This document shows positions 1 to 9,793 of a stretch of DNA of 36,206 nt, in pieces. Where the stretch lies: contig JAGGUB010000042.1 in NCBI GenBank assembly GCA_021158725.1, positions 1 through 36,206 of the forward strand. The letters run 5' to 3'. The notes under the pieces were generated by a model, which saw only the letters and a list, made by a program, of their open reading frames with translations, searched no databases and was not told where the DNA came from. Made by a program: the position numbers and the translations under genes. Numbering within the stretch: the stretch's first letter is position 1; the number at the start of each line of letters is the position of its first letter. The stretch is from a candidate division WOR-3 bacterium. Its GTDB lineage: Bacteria > Hydrothermota > UBA3073 > NMUJ01.

Positions 1-246
1 ACCACCACCTACTTTGATGTCCCAGCCACCTTTATCTAAAACTTTTCGCTCAACACTACATTCAACCCTATCCATACGTATCCCGTAATGATCAAACTCA
101 TATACTGCAAGATTGTACTTCACATTTGTTTCGTAACTTACGAATAATCCATCACCTGCAGGGTCGAACCTCACCAAATTAGAGATCGGTATCAACAAAC
201 TCAACCCCACATTCCAGCATCCCCACATGAACAATATCAACGCCAT
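1..246 (-). CDS. Hypothetical protein with N-terminal hydrophobic/signal segment (partial, runs off window start)
   Basis: Manual translation from ATG at 246, which overlaps the DUF503 stop: MALILFMWGCWNVGLSLLIPISNLVRFDPAGDGLFVSYETNVKYNLAVYEF..., open to position 1. No family recognised; it is not RbfA. Confidence 0.6.
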   Translation of the reverse strand, partial: MALILFMWGCWNVGLSLLIPISNLVRFDPAGDGLFVSYETNVKYNLAVYEFDHYGIRMDRVECSVERKVLDKGGWDIKVGGG

Positions 247-518
247 TCTATCCAGAAGTTGATCACCTCAACGTCTGGCTCCTTTTGTAACAACTCTCTA
301 ACGCCGTTCACGATACGTTCAACCCATTTCTGTTCACCACCCACACATGCAATACCCAACCTTGCCCTCTGCCATACGTTATCGTCGCCAATCTCTGCCA
401 CCGCTACGTTGAAACTATTACGTATTTTATCCTTGATGCGATTCATAACCCTACGTTTATCTTTAAGCGATAAACTATTCCATATATGGAGTTCAACCTC
501 ACATATACCTACTATCAT
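237..518 (-). CDS. DUF503 (YlxP-like) protein
   Basis: 93 aa; SLKDKRRV...KIRNSFNVAVAEIGDDNVWQRARLGIACV signature; usual position after infB; ATGA overlap with infB stop. Confidence 0.9.
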   Translation of the reverse strand: MIVGICEVELHIWNSLSLKDKRRVMNRIKDKIRNSFNVAVAEIGDDNVWQRARLGIACVGGEQKWVERIVNGVRELLQKEPDVEVINFWIEWR

Positions 519-2644
519 GCAGCCAACACTTTACGCTTTTCGTAAACCTCCAAGATATCACCCTCCCTTATGGGTGCTTTGGGATCACCAAGCCCTATCC
601 CACACTCGTTACCTGCACTTATCTCGTCTTTGTCTTCCTTGTAATGTTTAAGTGAAACAATTTTACCTTCAAAAACTTTCTTTCCGTTACGCATCACACG
701 TACCAGCGCACCTCGCTTTACTTTACCTTCGAGCACCTCCACACCTGCAACCTTACCCACCTCACGTATGTTGAAGATGGCCTTGATTCTCGCTTTACCT
801 AAGGTTACCTCCTCCTCTTCCGCCACAAGTATACCAGCTATTGCTGCCTCAACCGCCTTTACCACATCGTATATCACCTTAAACGTATGTATTTCGACAT
901 TTTTCTCCCTTGCCAATGTATGTGCCTGTGGCATCACCCCCACATTAAACCCTATTATAGGGGCTTCGGAAGCTTCTGCCAGCAACACATCCGATGGGTT
1001 AACATCCCCTATACCTTTGTGGATTATCTTTATTTCTAACCGCTTTTTAGTATCTATCTTGCTCACCGCATCCGCCAGCGCCTCAAGTGTACCCGTTACG
1101 TCTGCTTTCAAGATGAGTTTCAACTCTTTTACTTTACCCTCCTGTATCCGCTGTTGTATGCTTTCGAGCGATATCCTCGACCTGATACGTTGCCATTTGC
1201 TCATCTCTTCAATCTCCTTCCTTTTCTGTGCAACCTCTCTTGCACGCCGTTCGTCACTTACCACCACAAACTTATCACCCACCAACGGTAGCTCCTCAAA
1301 CTCCGCCACCTGTGCAGGCTCACCTGGTTTACATGCTTCTTTTTTGTTACCCCACTCATCCCATAAACAGCGTACTCTACCCCATGTTGTACCTGCAACA
1401 AATACATCACCTACTTTTAGTATACCTTCGAATACCAACACAGTGGCAACTTTACCCTTACCCTTATCAATGTGTGATTCCAATATTACACCTTTAGCCT
1501 TCACATCGTAGGGAGCTTTGAGATCGAGCTCCTCTGCTACCAACACTATCGTGTCGAGCAGGTCTTCTATACCTTGACGAGTTTTCGCCGATACGTAACA
1601 CACAGGTACCTTACCACCATACGGTTCAACGTCTACCTTATTCGCATATAGTTGTGATACTACCTTATCTACATTAGCTGTAGGTAGGTCTATTTTGTTG
1701 ATAGCTACGATCATAGGTATACCGGCTTCACGAATATGGTCGATCGCCTCTATAGTTTGTGGCATGACACCATCGTCTGCTGCCACCACCAATATCGCTA
1801 TATCAGTAACCTGTGCACCACGTGCCCTCATCGCTGTGAATGCCTCATGTCCAGGTGTATCGATAAACGTTATCCCATACTTACCGTACTTGACATGATA
1901 TGCGCCTATGTGTTGTGTAATGCGACCATACTCACGAGCTGCCACATCCGTATTACGGATGGCATCCAGTAACGTCGTCTTACCATGGTCAATATGTCCA
2001 AGCACTGACACCACTGGTGGACGTGGTTTCACTTCTTTTGGTTCTTCCTCCTCTACGAGCTCCGCCTCAATGCTAACTTTCTTCACTTCATAACCCAGAT
2101 CCTGTGCCAATATCTGTGCAGTCGTAAAATCGATCCTCTGATTAACAGTAAGCGTAAGTCCAAACTCCCGTAACGCATGTGCGACAAGGTCGACGGGATT
2201 CATCCCCAAAGTTTCAGCCAGCTCCTTCACCGAGATAACTTCTGGTATACCTATAACTTTTTGTTCCTTCTCCTTCTCCTTCTCTCTCTTCTCATATTCG
2301 GGACGCCTCTTCTTGTGGCGTTTGAACGGTTTGGACTCGATCCTTGCCCACGTTTGCCGTATTTCACGTTCCGCTTCGTCACGTGATGGCTCCTCCTTAT
2401 ACTCTTCGTATGGTAACAATGTACGTGGTTTGTGGAATTTGCGTTTCTTACGTTCCTCTATTTTGTAACGATATCGCTCCTGGTCTAATCTCTTGCGACA
2501 GGCTTCAATCCATTCCGGTGGCACCACACTACGGGAGCCGCCCTTCACTTCGTAACCAAGTTCAGCCAACAGCTTACGTAGCGCACCGGTTGACAAGTGT
2601 AACTCTTTTGCCACCTCAAACAGCGGTTTACCACCGTTACTCAC
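515..2644 (-). CDS. infB: Translation initiation factor IF-2
   Basis: [20 protein letters not shown] and AINKID GTPase motifs, IF2_N region; GTG start overlapping the nusA end. Confidence 0.99.
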   Translation of the reverse strand: MSNGGKPLFEVAKELHLSTGALRKLLAELGYEVKGGSRSVVPPEWIEACRKRLDQERYRYKIEERKKRKFHKPRTLLPYEEYKEEPSRDEAEREIRQTWARIESKPFKRHKKRRPEYEKREKEKEKEQKVIGIPEVISVKELAETLGMNPVDLVAHALREFGLTLTVNQRIDFTTAQILAQDLGYEVKKVSIEAELVEEEEPKEVKPRPPVVSVLGHIDHGKTTLLDAIRNTDVAAREYGRITQHIGAYHVKYGKYGITFIDTPGHEAFTAMRARGAQVTDIAILVVAADDGVMPQTIEAIDHIREAGIPMIVAINKIDLPTANVDKVVSQLYANKVDVEPYGGKVPVCYVSAKTRQGIEDLLDTIVLVAEELDLKAPYDVKAKGVILESHIDKGKGKVATVLVFEGILKVGDVFVAGTTWGRVRCLWDEWGNKKEACKPGEPAQVAEFEELPLVGDKFVVVSDERRAREVAQKRKEIEEMSKWQRIRSRISLESIQQRIQEGKVKELKLILKADVTGTLEALADAVSKIDTKKRLEIKIIHKGIGDVNPSDVLLAEASEAPIIGFNVGVMPQAHTLAREKNVEIHTFKVIYDVVKAVEAAIAGILVAEEEEVTLGKARIKAIFNIREVGKVAGVEVLEGKVKRGALVRVMRNGKKVFEGKIVSLKHYKEDKDEISAGNECGIGLGDPKAPIREGDILEVYEKRKVLAA

Positions 2645-3881
2645 CTGGTACCCCCTTAAGCTTTAGCTGACGTACTTCGTTCTCGATCTTCTCCGCTATG
2701 GTGAATATAAATTTCAACTCCTCATCAGTAAACTCACCCATCTCACGTAGGTCATCTTCATTCCTTAATATAGCTCTTGCCGTGAATAGGTTATGTTTTA
2801 CCAACCGTTCCTTTATGTCATCCGTAAATTCGGCTATATTAAGTACACTCTCACGTTCGTATTCTTCTGGGCTAAATATGTCGATATCATAATCCACGAG
2901 CCTCGATGCAAGGTACGCATTCTGTCCATTCTTACCTATGGCTTTGGGTAGATCTTCAGGTTCTATCACCACAGTGATCTCTTTCCTTTCGTTATCCACC
3001 TTCTGTGTGATAATACGTGCACCCGACAATGCACGTGAGACGAGCACCACCAACTCATCACTCCACTGTAGCACATCTATTTTCTCGCCCTGCAACTCCT
3101 TCACTATTGGTTTGATTCGCCACCCCTTATTACCCACACATGCACCTACGGGGTCGACTTTTGGATCGTTAGAAGCTACTGCAACCTTAGCTCGTTTGCC
3201 AGGTATGCGGGCGATAGCTTTTATCTCTACCACACCATCTGCGATTTCGGGGATCTCAAACTCCATCAACCGTTTGAGGAAACTCGGATGTGTACGTGAC
3301 AGTATGATGTTGTCCTTCTCATCTACCCTCAACACCACCGCTCTTATGTTGCCACCTTGACGGAAATAGCCATGTTCACCTGGTATCTCCTCACTCACAG
3401 GTAATATTGCTTCAGCATCCCCTAAATTAACGAGTATATTGTAACGATCAATCTTCTGAACCGTACCGGCAACCAATGTACCTACTTTCTTACGGTACTC
3501 CTCTGCTATCCTGTGACGTTCTTCTCTTTCTATGCGTTCCAACAGCAGCTGTTTTGCAACAATGACAACACTTCTGGGGAAATCCTCGGGTGCCAACGAT
3601 ATTTGGATAGTGTCACCTACTTTCGCATCTGGATTATATTTACGTGCCTGCCTTAAGGTGATCTCACCGGGCTCTTTGGGCCTATGTACTACCTTTTGTG
3701 TTACAACTATCCGTATATCACCTGTAGTCTCTGATACCCTAATTTGTATATCACCTGTAAGGTCCATCTTCTTGGATATCGCTTCTTTTAAGGATTCCTC
3801 AAAGATTTCACGTACCAGCTCCCAAGGTAGCTGCCGTTCGTCCGCTATATCTCTGATAGCTTGTGTTAATGCTCTCGACAT
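2637..3881 (-). CDS. nusA: Transcription termination/antitermination factor NusA
   Basis: S1 and KH domains (ARIPGKRAKVAV, DPVGACVG, AIGKNGQNA) plus a short C-terminal helical extension; ATG 3881 after AGGAGG, TGATG overlap with rimP. Confidence 0.98.
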   Translation of the reverse strand: MSRALTQAIRDIADERQLPWELVREIFEESLKEAISKKMDLTGDIQIRVSETTGDIRIVVTQKVVHRPKEPGEITLRQARKYNPDAKVGDTIQISLAPEDFPRSVVIVAKQLLLERIEREERHRIAEEYRKKVGTLVAGTVQKIDRYNILVNLGDAEAILPVSEEIPGEHGYFRQGGNIRAVVLRVDEKDNIILSRTHPSFLKRLMEFEIPEIADGVVEIKAIARIPGKRAKVAVASNDPKVDPVGACVGNKGWRIKPIVKELQGEKIDVLQWSDELVVLVSRALSGARIITQKVDNERKEITVVIEPEDLPKAIGKNGQNAYLASRLVDYDIDIFSPEEYERESVLNIAEFTDDIKERLVKHNLFTARAILRNEDDLREMGEFTDEELKFIFTIAEKIENEVRQLKLKGVPGE

Positions 3882-4153
3882 CAATACCTCCTTTTGCGGC
3901 CACCTGGCGAGGATACTTCCAGCGTGTAGTTACCTATGCTGTTGTCCATATCGAGATATTTCTTAAGCTCACGACTTACATATACACATTGATCTAATGT
4001 TATGCGGTTGGGTGTATCCACAAACACTCGAATATAAGCGTTATTTACAGTACCATGGGCTTCAATATCTACGAGGAATATATCGGTATCCTCGATGACA
4101 CGTTCCACAAGTGAACGCACCTTAGCGATAACTTCTGACTTATTGAGTCGCAT
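3881..4153 (-). CDS. rimP: Ribosome maturation factor RimP, N-terminal domain only
   Basis: ITLDQC...VSREL...LD...YTLEVSSPG signature, directly upstream of nusA; ORF stops 6 codons after SSPG (90 aa). Confidence 0.9.
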   Translation of the reverse strand: MRLNKSEVIAKVRSLVERVIEDTDIFLVDIEAHGTVNNAYIRVFVDTPNRITLDQCVYVSRELKKYLDMDNSIGNYTLEVSSPGGRKRRY

Positions 4154-5855
4154 CTTGCATCTCCTTTATGATATTCAATACCTTATCTACACACATCGTG
4201 TGCTTAACTTTTATCCGCTCATTTGTGGCTCGTATTTTGATTTCTACCATCCCATCCCTCCACACTTTCTCACCCAATATTAAAATAACTGGAATACCGA
4301 TTAAGTCACCATCTTTAAGTTTAACACCCGCACTCGTACTGCGGTCATCATAAAGTACTTCAATGTCTCTTTCCATCAACTCTTTATATAAATTATTGGC
4401 TGCCTGTACGAGGTCGCAATTCTCCGGGTTAAGGGTTGTAACGAGTACCTGAAAAGGTGCCACACTTATCGGCCATACAATGCCATGCTCGTCGTGATGT
4501 GTTTCAATGATCGCCATCATCGATCGTTCCACCCCTATACCATAACTACCCATAAGTATAGGCTTCTTTTTGCCATCACGGTCGAGGAAGGTTGCCCCCA
4601 TAGCTTCTGAATATTTTGTACCCAACCTAAATATGTGGCCAACCTCAATAGCGGGTTCGATTATAAGCTTGTCACCACATTGTGGGCATCTATCGCCAGG
4701 CGCTACCCTCGCAATATCCATGTATTCATTTACCTTGATGTCACGCTCAATGTTCACCCCTTCGTAATGGTAAAGGTCCTCATTTGCCCCTGTTATTAAC
4801 CCCTTTCTACCCTTTAAACTTATATCTGCATACACTGGGATATCTGTACCTATGGGGCTTATATAACCGATGGAGGCACCCATCCACTCCTTCACTTCAT
4901 CCGGTGTTGCGGGCCGCAAATTACCCAACTTCGATATCTTAGCTTCACTCACATCGTGTGCACCATCCACCAACAGAAATACTGGTTGTTCACCACTATC
5001 TGTTTGCTTCACGTATAGCAAGGATTTAAGTAACTGCTGTGGAGCAGTGTTGAAGAACTGCGATATCTCTTCGACCGACCCTCCCACCGGTGTGTAGACC
5101 CTACGTAGAGGTTTATCCTCAAACTCCACTTTCGGTGGTACACCACGTGCTATTTCGTAATTTGCCTTATAACTACAATTACCACAGTACACGATCGTAT
5201 CTTCACCTACAGGTGAGGGTACCATAAACTCCTCAGTCTCTGACCCACCCATTATGCCACCTGATGCACTGACTATCTTGAATTCTAACCCCAATCTTGT
5301 GAATATCCTAATGTAAGCATCACGATGTAGGTTATAACTACGTTGCCATCCCTCAACGGTAGCATCTAAGCTATATGAATCCTTCATTATGAACTCACGT
5401 GCCCTCATAACACCACCTCTTGGACGTGGTTCATCACGAAATTTCACCTGTATTTGGTACCATATCTGTGGTAGATCGCGATACGAACGTATCTCACGTC
5501 TTGCAATATCGGTTATGATCTCTTCATGTGTGGGTGCAAGTGCATAATCTTTATCTTTGCGATCCCTTACACGGAACATCTCCTTACCATATTCATACCA
5601 TCTGCCAGTTTCTCGCCATATTTCAGCTGGTGTTAACGCTGGCAAGAGTAGCTCCTGGCCACCGATACGATTCATCTCTTCACGTATGATTTGCATAATT
5701 TTGCATAGCACACGCCACCCCAATGGCAAGTATGAATAAATACCACTTGCCACCATCCGTATGAGGCCAGCCCTTATCGCAAGCGTATGGCTTGGTATCT
5801 CAGCCTCACGAGGTTTCTCTTTTAACGTAGGGATAAATAAATTACTCCAGCGCAT
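4140..5855 (-). CDS. proS: Proline--tRNA ligase, bacterial type with INS editing domain
   Basis: LAPTHEE, FRDEPRPRGGVMRAREFIMKDSYS, MGSYGIGVER; editing insertion and anticodon-binding domain. Confidence 0.99.
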   Translation of the reverse strand: MRWSNLFIPTLKEKPREAEIPSHTLAIRAGLIRMVASGIYSYLPLGWRVLCKIMQIIREEMNRIGGQELLLPALTPAEIWRETGRWYEYGKEMFRVRDRKDKDYALAPTHEEIITDIARREIRSYRDLPQIWYQIQVKFRDEPRPRGGVMRAREFIMKDSYSLDATVEGWQRSYNLHRDAYIRIFTRLGLEFKIVSASGGIMGGSETEEFMVPSPVGEDTIVYCGNCSYKANYEIARGVPPKVEFEDKPLRRVYTPVGGSVEEISQFFNTAPQQLLKSLLYVKQTDSGEQPVFLLVDGAHDVSEAKISKLGNLRPATPDEVKEWMGASIGYISPIGTDIPVYADISLKGRKGLITGANEDLYHYEGVNIERDIKVNEYMDIARVAPGDRCPQCGDKLIIEPAIEVGHIFRLGTKYSEAMGATFLDRDGKKKPILMGSYGIGVERSMMAIIETHHDEHGIVWPISVAPFQVLVTTLNPENCDLVQAANNLYKELMERDIEVLYDDRSTSAGVKLKDGDLIGIPVILILGEKVWRDGMVEIKIRATNERIKVKHTMCVDKVLNIIKEMQDATQ

Positions 5856-5891
5856 CAACTTACCTTTGGTTATAATGTATAGCTACCACTA

Positions 5892-7103
5892 TTATGTTTC
5901 GCCCTCCTCTTTTGTGGATTCTTCGGGTTTCTCCTTCTCTTCGGACGGTTTCTCTTCTCTTGTTTCGGTGGCTTCAACTTTTTCGGGTGTTTCCTCTTTC
6001 TTCTCTTCTTCCTCTTTTTCACGTTCTTTCTCTTCCTCTTCAATCTCTTTCAGTAGATCCCTATCATCTTTGTACTTCACGAGTACCGCATAAATGAGTG
6101 ATTGTCCTACTGCCCATATTGCTATTCCGTACCCAAGTACCATGAATATTATAAAGTACAGAGCAAGCCCCACACAGAAGCTACTCACAAGTTGTGCCCA
6201 GTTTACAGGTACCCACTCTGGTCCGTGTATGAGTGTGGGTGCTATCCTTGCAGTAAGTGCTTCAACCCACGTTATCGGTGGTACAGGCGATAGATACCAT
6301 AACCCATTGTTCCATACATTTTTCCACCAGCTGTGACCCCATACACTTAACACCCAGTTTGCAAGTAATAACCCCTTCTTTGTGAGCCACCCAAATATCC
6401 ACACACCTGCGAACGTACAGAATGCGATGAAGATCTCCCATAACACAAGCCGCCACGTCTGCTCATTTAATGTGCTGAAATTTTCAAACAACACATCAAA
6501 CACATCCTTTTCTACACCTGCTGCGATGGAAGGTGACAACAGAAATGATACAAAGAACACAATAATAAGGTATATCACAAACAGCGCCGCCAATGCTATA
6601 AGTATGAAAAGCAACCCGATAACAATCGGCCCCACATAGGGTATTCTACCAAATAGCCCCAACAGACATCCAATAAGTATAAATACACCTATGAAAATTG
6701 CCAATGTGATAGGTGCAAGTATGTTTGCCTTCGCTTTCTTTAGGGCGTACCTCAGTGCATCCATCACCTCATAGAACTCATTACCTCGTAGCTCTTCATA
6801 CGTTACCTTTGAGATCGCTGATATCGATAACATCTGTATAAAAACGAAGAGCGCCACACCGATACCCCAGATAGTCCAACTATACCAAGGGAAATGTGTC
6901 ACCCCAGGCACAGGTACTGGTATGTATCGATACGTACGCCATACCTCTTTTACCGTCCATTCAGGTAATATCGAATATGCCACATAGGTGAGCACCGAAT
7001 AGACGATGACGCCAATAAGTAACCCAAGGAATGCTATCCAGATCTTTTTCGCTGAAAACGCAATCCTTGGTGCCCTCACCACCTGTGCAAAACTGTACAC
7101 CAT
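5892..7103 (-). CDS. Polytopic membrane protein of unknown function with an acidic C-terminal tail
   Basis: 403 aa, several hydrophobic helices, E/K-rich tail of about 50 aa; AGGGGG upstream of ATG; co-oriented between trpS and proS. Confidence 0.85.
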   Translation of the reverse strand: MVYSFAQVVRAPRIAFSAKKIWIAFLGLLIGVIVYSVLTYVAYSILPEWTVKEVWRTYRYIPVPVPGVTHFPWYSWTIWGIGVALFVFIQMLSISAISKVTYEELRGNEFYEVMDALRYALKKAKANILAPITLAIFIGVFILIGCLLGLFGRIPYVGPIVIGLLFILIALAALFVIYLIIVFFVSFLLSPSIAAGVEKDVFDVLFENFSTLNEQTWRLVLWEIFIAFCTFAGVWIFGWLTKKGLLLANWVLSVWGHSWWKNVWNNGLWYLSPVPPITWVEALTARIAPTLIHGPEWVPVNWAQLVSSFCVGLALYFIIFMVLGYGIAIWAVGQSLIYAVLVKYKDDRDLLKEIEEEEKEREKEEEEKKEETPEKVEATETREEKPSEEKEKPEESTKEEGET

Positions 7104-7115
7104 TATGCCCCCTTT

Positions 7116-8087
7116 TTATTTTAAATGCATCCTTTCTTTAACTTCCTCCAATGTGGCCTGCGCTACTTTACGTGCCTTCCTCGAGCCCTCTACCAGTATC
7201 TCTTTCGTCTTCTCTAAGGTAAAGTTCTGAAGTTTTTCCCTAACAGGTGTGAAGAACTCGTATATAGCATGTGCACAACGTTTTTTGCATTCAACACAAC
7301 CTAATTTTCCACTCCTACAATCAGTTTCTATTTGAGCAATCTCATCTTTATTAACCAAATTATGGTATGCGAAGACTACACAGCCTTCAGGATGACCGGG
7401 GTCACCCAGCCTTATCTTCTTGGGATCAGTGAATGCTTGGTATACTTTCTTTTCTATATCTTCGTAAGTATCTCGTATGAAGATGGCATTTTGAAGCGAT
7501 TTCGACATCTTACGTCCATCAATACCTGGCACCTTAGGATGTTGTGAAAGTATGGGTTCAGGTACTGGGAACGTCTCACCATACAGGTGGTTGAAACGTT
7601 TCGCAATCTCACGTGCCAGCTCGATATGTGGTAACTGGTCTTGTCCAACGGGTACGCATTTTGCTTTGTAAATCAATATGTCTGCAGCCTGTAGAACCGG
7701 ATATCCTAACAATCCATAGGTTACATTACCCTGTAGGTTCATATCGCGTATCATCTCCTTGACCGTAGGGTTACGTTCGAGCCACGGCACGGGGACCAAC
7801 ATCGACAACAGTACATGTAACTCAGCATGCTCCGGTACTAACGATTGTATGAAAATGGTCGCCTTATCAGGTGACAACCCAGCCGCTAACCAATCCCTTG
7901 CCATTTCCAATTTATAATCCGGTAGTTCATCCGTATGTTGGTAATACGTGGTAAGTGCATGGTAATCGGCAACCTCAAAGTAACAATCATATTCGGACTG
8001 TAACTTTATCCAATTCACCAAACTGCCAAAATAATTACCCAAATGTATCATACCTGTGGGTCGATAACCACTGAGAATTCGCTCCAT
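7116..8087 (-). CDS. trpS: Tryptophan--tRNA ligase
   Basis: RPTGMIHLGN (HIGH), YPVLQAADIL, VPVGQDQ, KMSKS. Confidence 0.99.
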   Translation of the reverse strand: MERILSGYRPTGMIHLGNYFGSLVNWIKLQSEYDCYFEVADYHALTTYYQHTDELPDYKLEMARDWLAAGLSPDKATIFIQSLVPEHAELHVLLSMLVPVPWLERNPTVKEMIRDMNLQGNVTYGLLGYPVLQAADILIYKAKCVPVGQDQLPHIELAREIAKRFNHLYGETFPVPEPILSQHPKVPGIDGRKMSKSLQNAIFIRDTYEDIEKKVYQAFTDPKKIRLGDPGHPEGCVVFAYHNLVNKDEIAQIETDCRSGKLGCVECKKRCAHAIYEFFTPVREKLQNFTLEKTKEILVEGSRKARKVAQATLEEVKERMHLK

Positions 8088-8093
8088 CCTTCA

Positions 8094-8121
8094 AAAATAA
8101 GGATACACATACCATTGTCAA
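8094..8121 (-). promoter_or_regulatory. Putative sigma70-type promoter of trpS (probably leaderless transcript)
   Basis: Minus strand TTGACA (8121-8116)-16 nt-TATTTT (8099-8094), then 6 nt to the ATG at 8087. Confidence 0.65.
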
Positions 8122-8151
8122 GAATGGTAGCATAAGGATGGAATTCAGGTA

Positions 8152-8179
8152 TTGACAAAAAGGATTGTATCGCTATTTT
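8152..8179 (+). promoter_or_regulatory. Putative sigma70-type promoter of the tuf/S10 superoperon
   Basis: TTGACA (8152-8157)-16 nt-TATTTT (8174-8179); same hexamers and spacing as the divergent trpS promoter. Confidence 0.6.
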
Positions 8180-8290
8180 AGATAGGAATTTACGTTTATT
8201 GATTGAAAATCTTTAAAAATTGTAAGTTAAGCATGATGAGAATGAAGCACAAGGATATATTTTTAATTGAGGAGATGGGTAGGAGGTGAA

Positions 8291-9487
8291 ATGGCGAAGG
8301 AGAAGTTTGTACGTACTAAGCCACATGTTAACATAGGTACCATAGGGCATGTTGACCATGGTAAGACTACGTTGAGTTCAGCTATCACTATGTGTTTAGC
8401 TTCCAAGGGTTACGCTCAGTACATAACGGTTGACGCTATAGATAAAGCACCTGAGGAAAAAGCGCGTGGCCTGACAATACAGTTGTGGCATGGTGAATTT
8501 GAAACCGACAAACGTCACTATGCATTGATAGACTGTCCAGGGCACGCAGACTACATTAAGAACATGATAACAGGTGCGGCACAGATGGATGGTGCAATAC
8601 TGGTTGTATCAGCCCCCGATAGTGTTATGCCACAGACACGTGAACACGTATTATTGGCACGTCAGGTGAACGTTCCTGCTATAGTGGTGTTCATCAACAA
8701 AGTGGATCAGGTACCAGATCCTGAGTTGCTCGACCTTGTTGAGATGGAGGTACGCGAACTGCTCAATAAGTATGAATTTCCAGGTGATGAGGTACCAGTC
8801 ATCAGGGGGAGTGCGTTGAAGTGCCTCGAATCCGGTGATCCAAACTCTGACGCTTGTAAAGCTATCTGGGAGTTACTCGATGCAGTAGATAATTACATAC
8901 CAGAGCCAGTACGTGAGGTGGATAAGCCATTCCTGATGCCTATTGAGGATATATTCTCAATAACTGGTCGTGGTACAGTGGTAACAGGTAGAGTGGAACG
9001 CGGCATTTTAAGACCGGGTGACGAAGTTGAGATTGTCGGCTTCCGACCCACTCAGAAGACGGTTGCAGTGTCGATTGAGATGTTCCGAAAAGTGCTCGAT
9101 GAAGCCCAACCCGGTGACAACATAGGTGTGTTACTACGTGGTATCAAGAAGGAGGAGGTTGAGCGTGGTCAGGTACTTGCAGCACCCGGTACTATAACAC
9201 CGCATAAGAGGTTCAAAGGCCAAATCTATGCGCTAACGAAAGAGGAAGGTGGTCGGCATACACCATTCTTCGTGGGTTATGCACCACAATTCTACTTCAG
9301 GACACTCGATGTCACAGGTAAAATTGTCGGCTTACCGGAGGGTGTAGATATGGTGATGCCAGGTGATAACGTTGAGATAGAAGCTGAACTCATATATCCA
9401 GTGGCTATGGAAGAGGGGTTAAGGTTCGCTATACGTGAAGGTGGTAAGACCGTAGGTGCGGGTGTTGTTACAAAAATAGTAGAGTGA
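8291..9487 (+). CDS. tuf: Elongation factor Tu (divergent)
   Basis: [54 protein letters not shown]; AGGAGGTG SD before ATG 8291. Confidence 0.98.
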   Translation: MAKEKFVRTKPHVNIGTIGHVDHGKTTLSSAITMCLASKGYAQYITVDAIDKAPEEKARGLTIQLWHGEFETDKRHYALIDCPGHADYIKNMITGAAQMDGAILVVSAPDSVMPQTREHVLLARQVNVPAIVVFINKVDQVPDPELLDLVEMEVRELLNKYEFPGDEVPVIRGSALKCLESGDPNSDACKAIWELLDAVDNYIPEPVREVDKPFLMPIEDIFSITGRGTVVTGRVERGILRPGDEVEIVGFRPTQKTVAVSIEMFRKVLDEAQPGDNIGVLLRGIKKEEVERGQVLAAPGTITPHKRFKGQIYALTKEEGGRHTPFFVGYAPQFYFRTLDVTGKIVGLPEGVDMVMPGDNVEIEAELIYPVAMEEGLRFAIREGGKTVGAGVVTKIVE

Positions 9488-9789
9488 TGGCAAGGATACG
9501 GATAAAACTCAAAAGCTACGACCATGTGTTGTTAGATAAGGCATGTCGTGAGCTTGTAGAATCGATGAAGAACACAGGAGCAGAGATATCGGGTCCCATA
9601 CCACTGCCTACAAAACGTACGGTGGTTACGGTGCTACGGTCACCGCATATTAACAAGCGATCGCGTGAACAGTTTGAACTCCGTATACACAAGAGACTGA
9701 TTGAAATAAAGCGATTCACTACCAGAACCAGGGAGGTACTGCAACGTCTTAATTTACCTGCTGGTGTAGAAGCTGAAATCAAGGTGTAA
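9487..9789 (+). CDS. rpsJ: 30S ribosomal protein S10
   Basis: [10 protein letters not shown]...GPIPLPT...[14 protein letters not shown]; TGATG overlap with tuf. Confidence 0.99.
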   Translation: MARIRIKLKSYDHVLLDKACRELVESMKNTGAEISGPIPLPTKRTVVTVLRSPHINKRSREQFELRIHKRLIEIKRFTTRTREVLQRLNLPAGVEAEIKV

Positions 9790-9793
9790 TACG

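Noticed and set aside
5895-6050. CT-rich low-complexity tract resembling a tandem repeat
   Set aside because: It is the antisense of GAA/GAG/AAA codons in the acidic protein tail, with no regular repeat unit.
8203-8228. Second tuf promoter (TTGATT-18-TAAGTT or TTGAAA-14-TAAGTT)
   Set aside because: Spacing is poor and the region is AT-rich; kept only as a possibility in the uORF finding.
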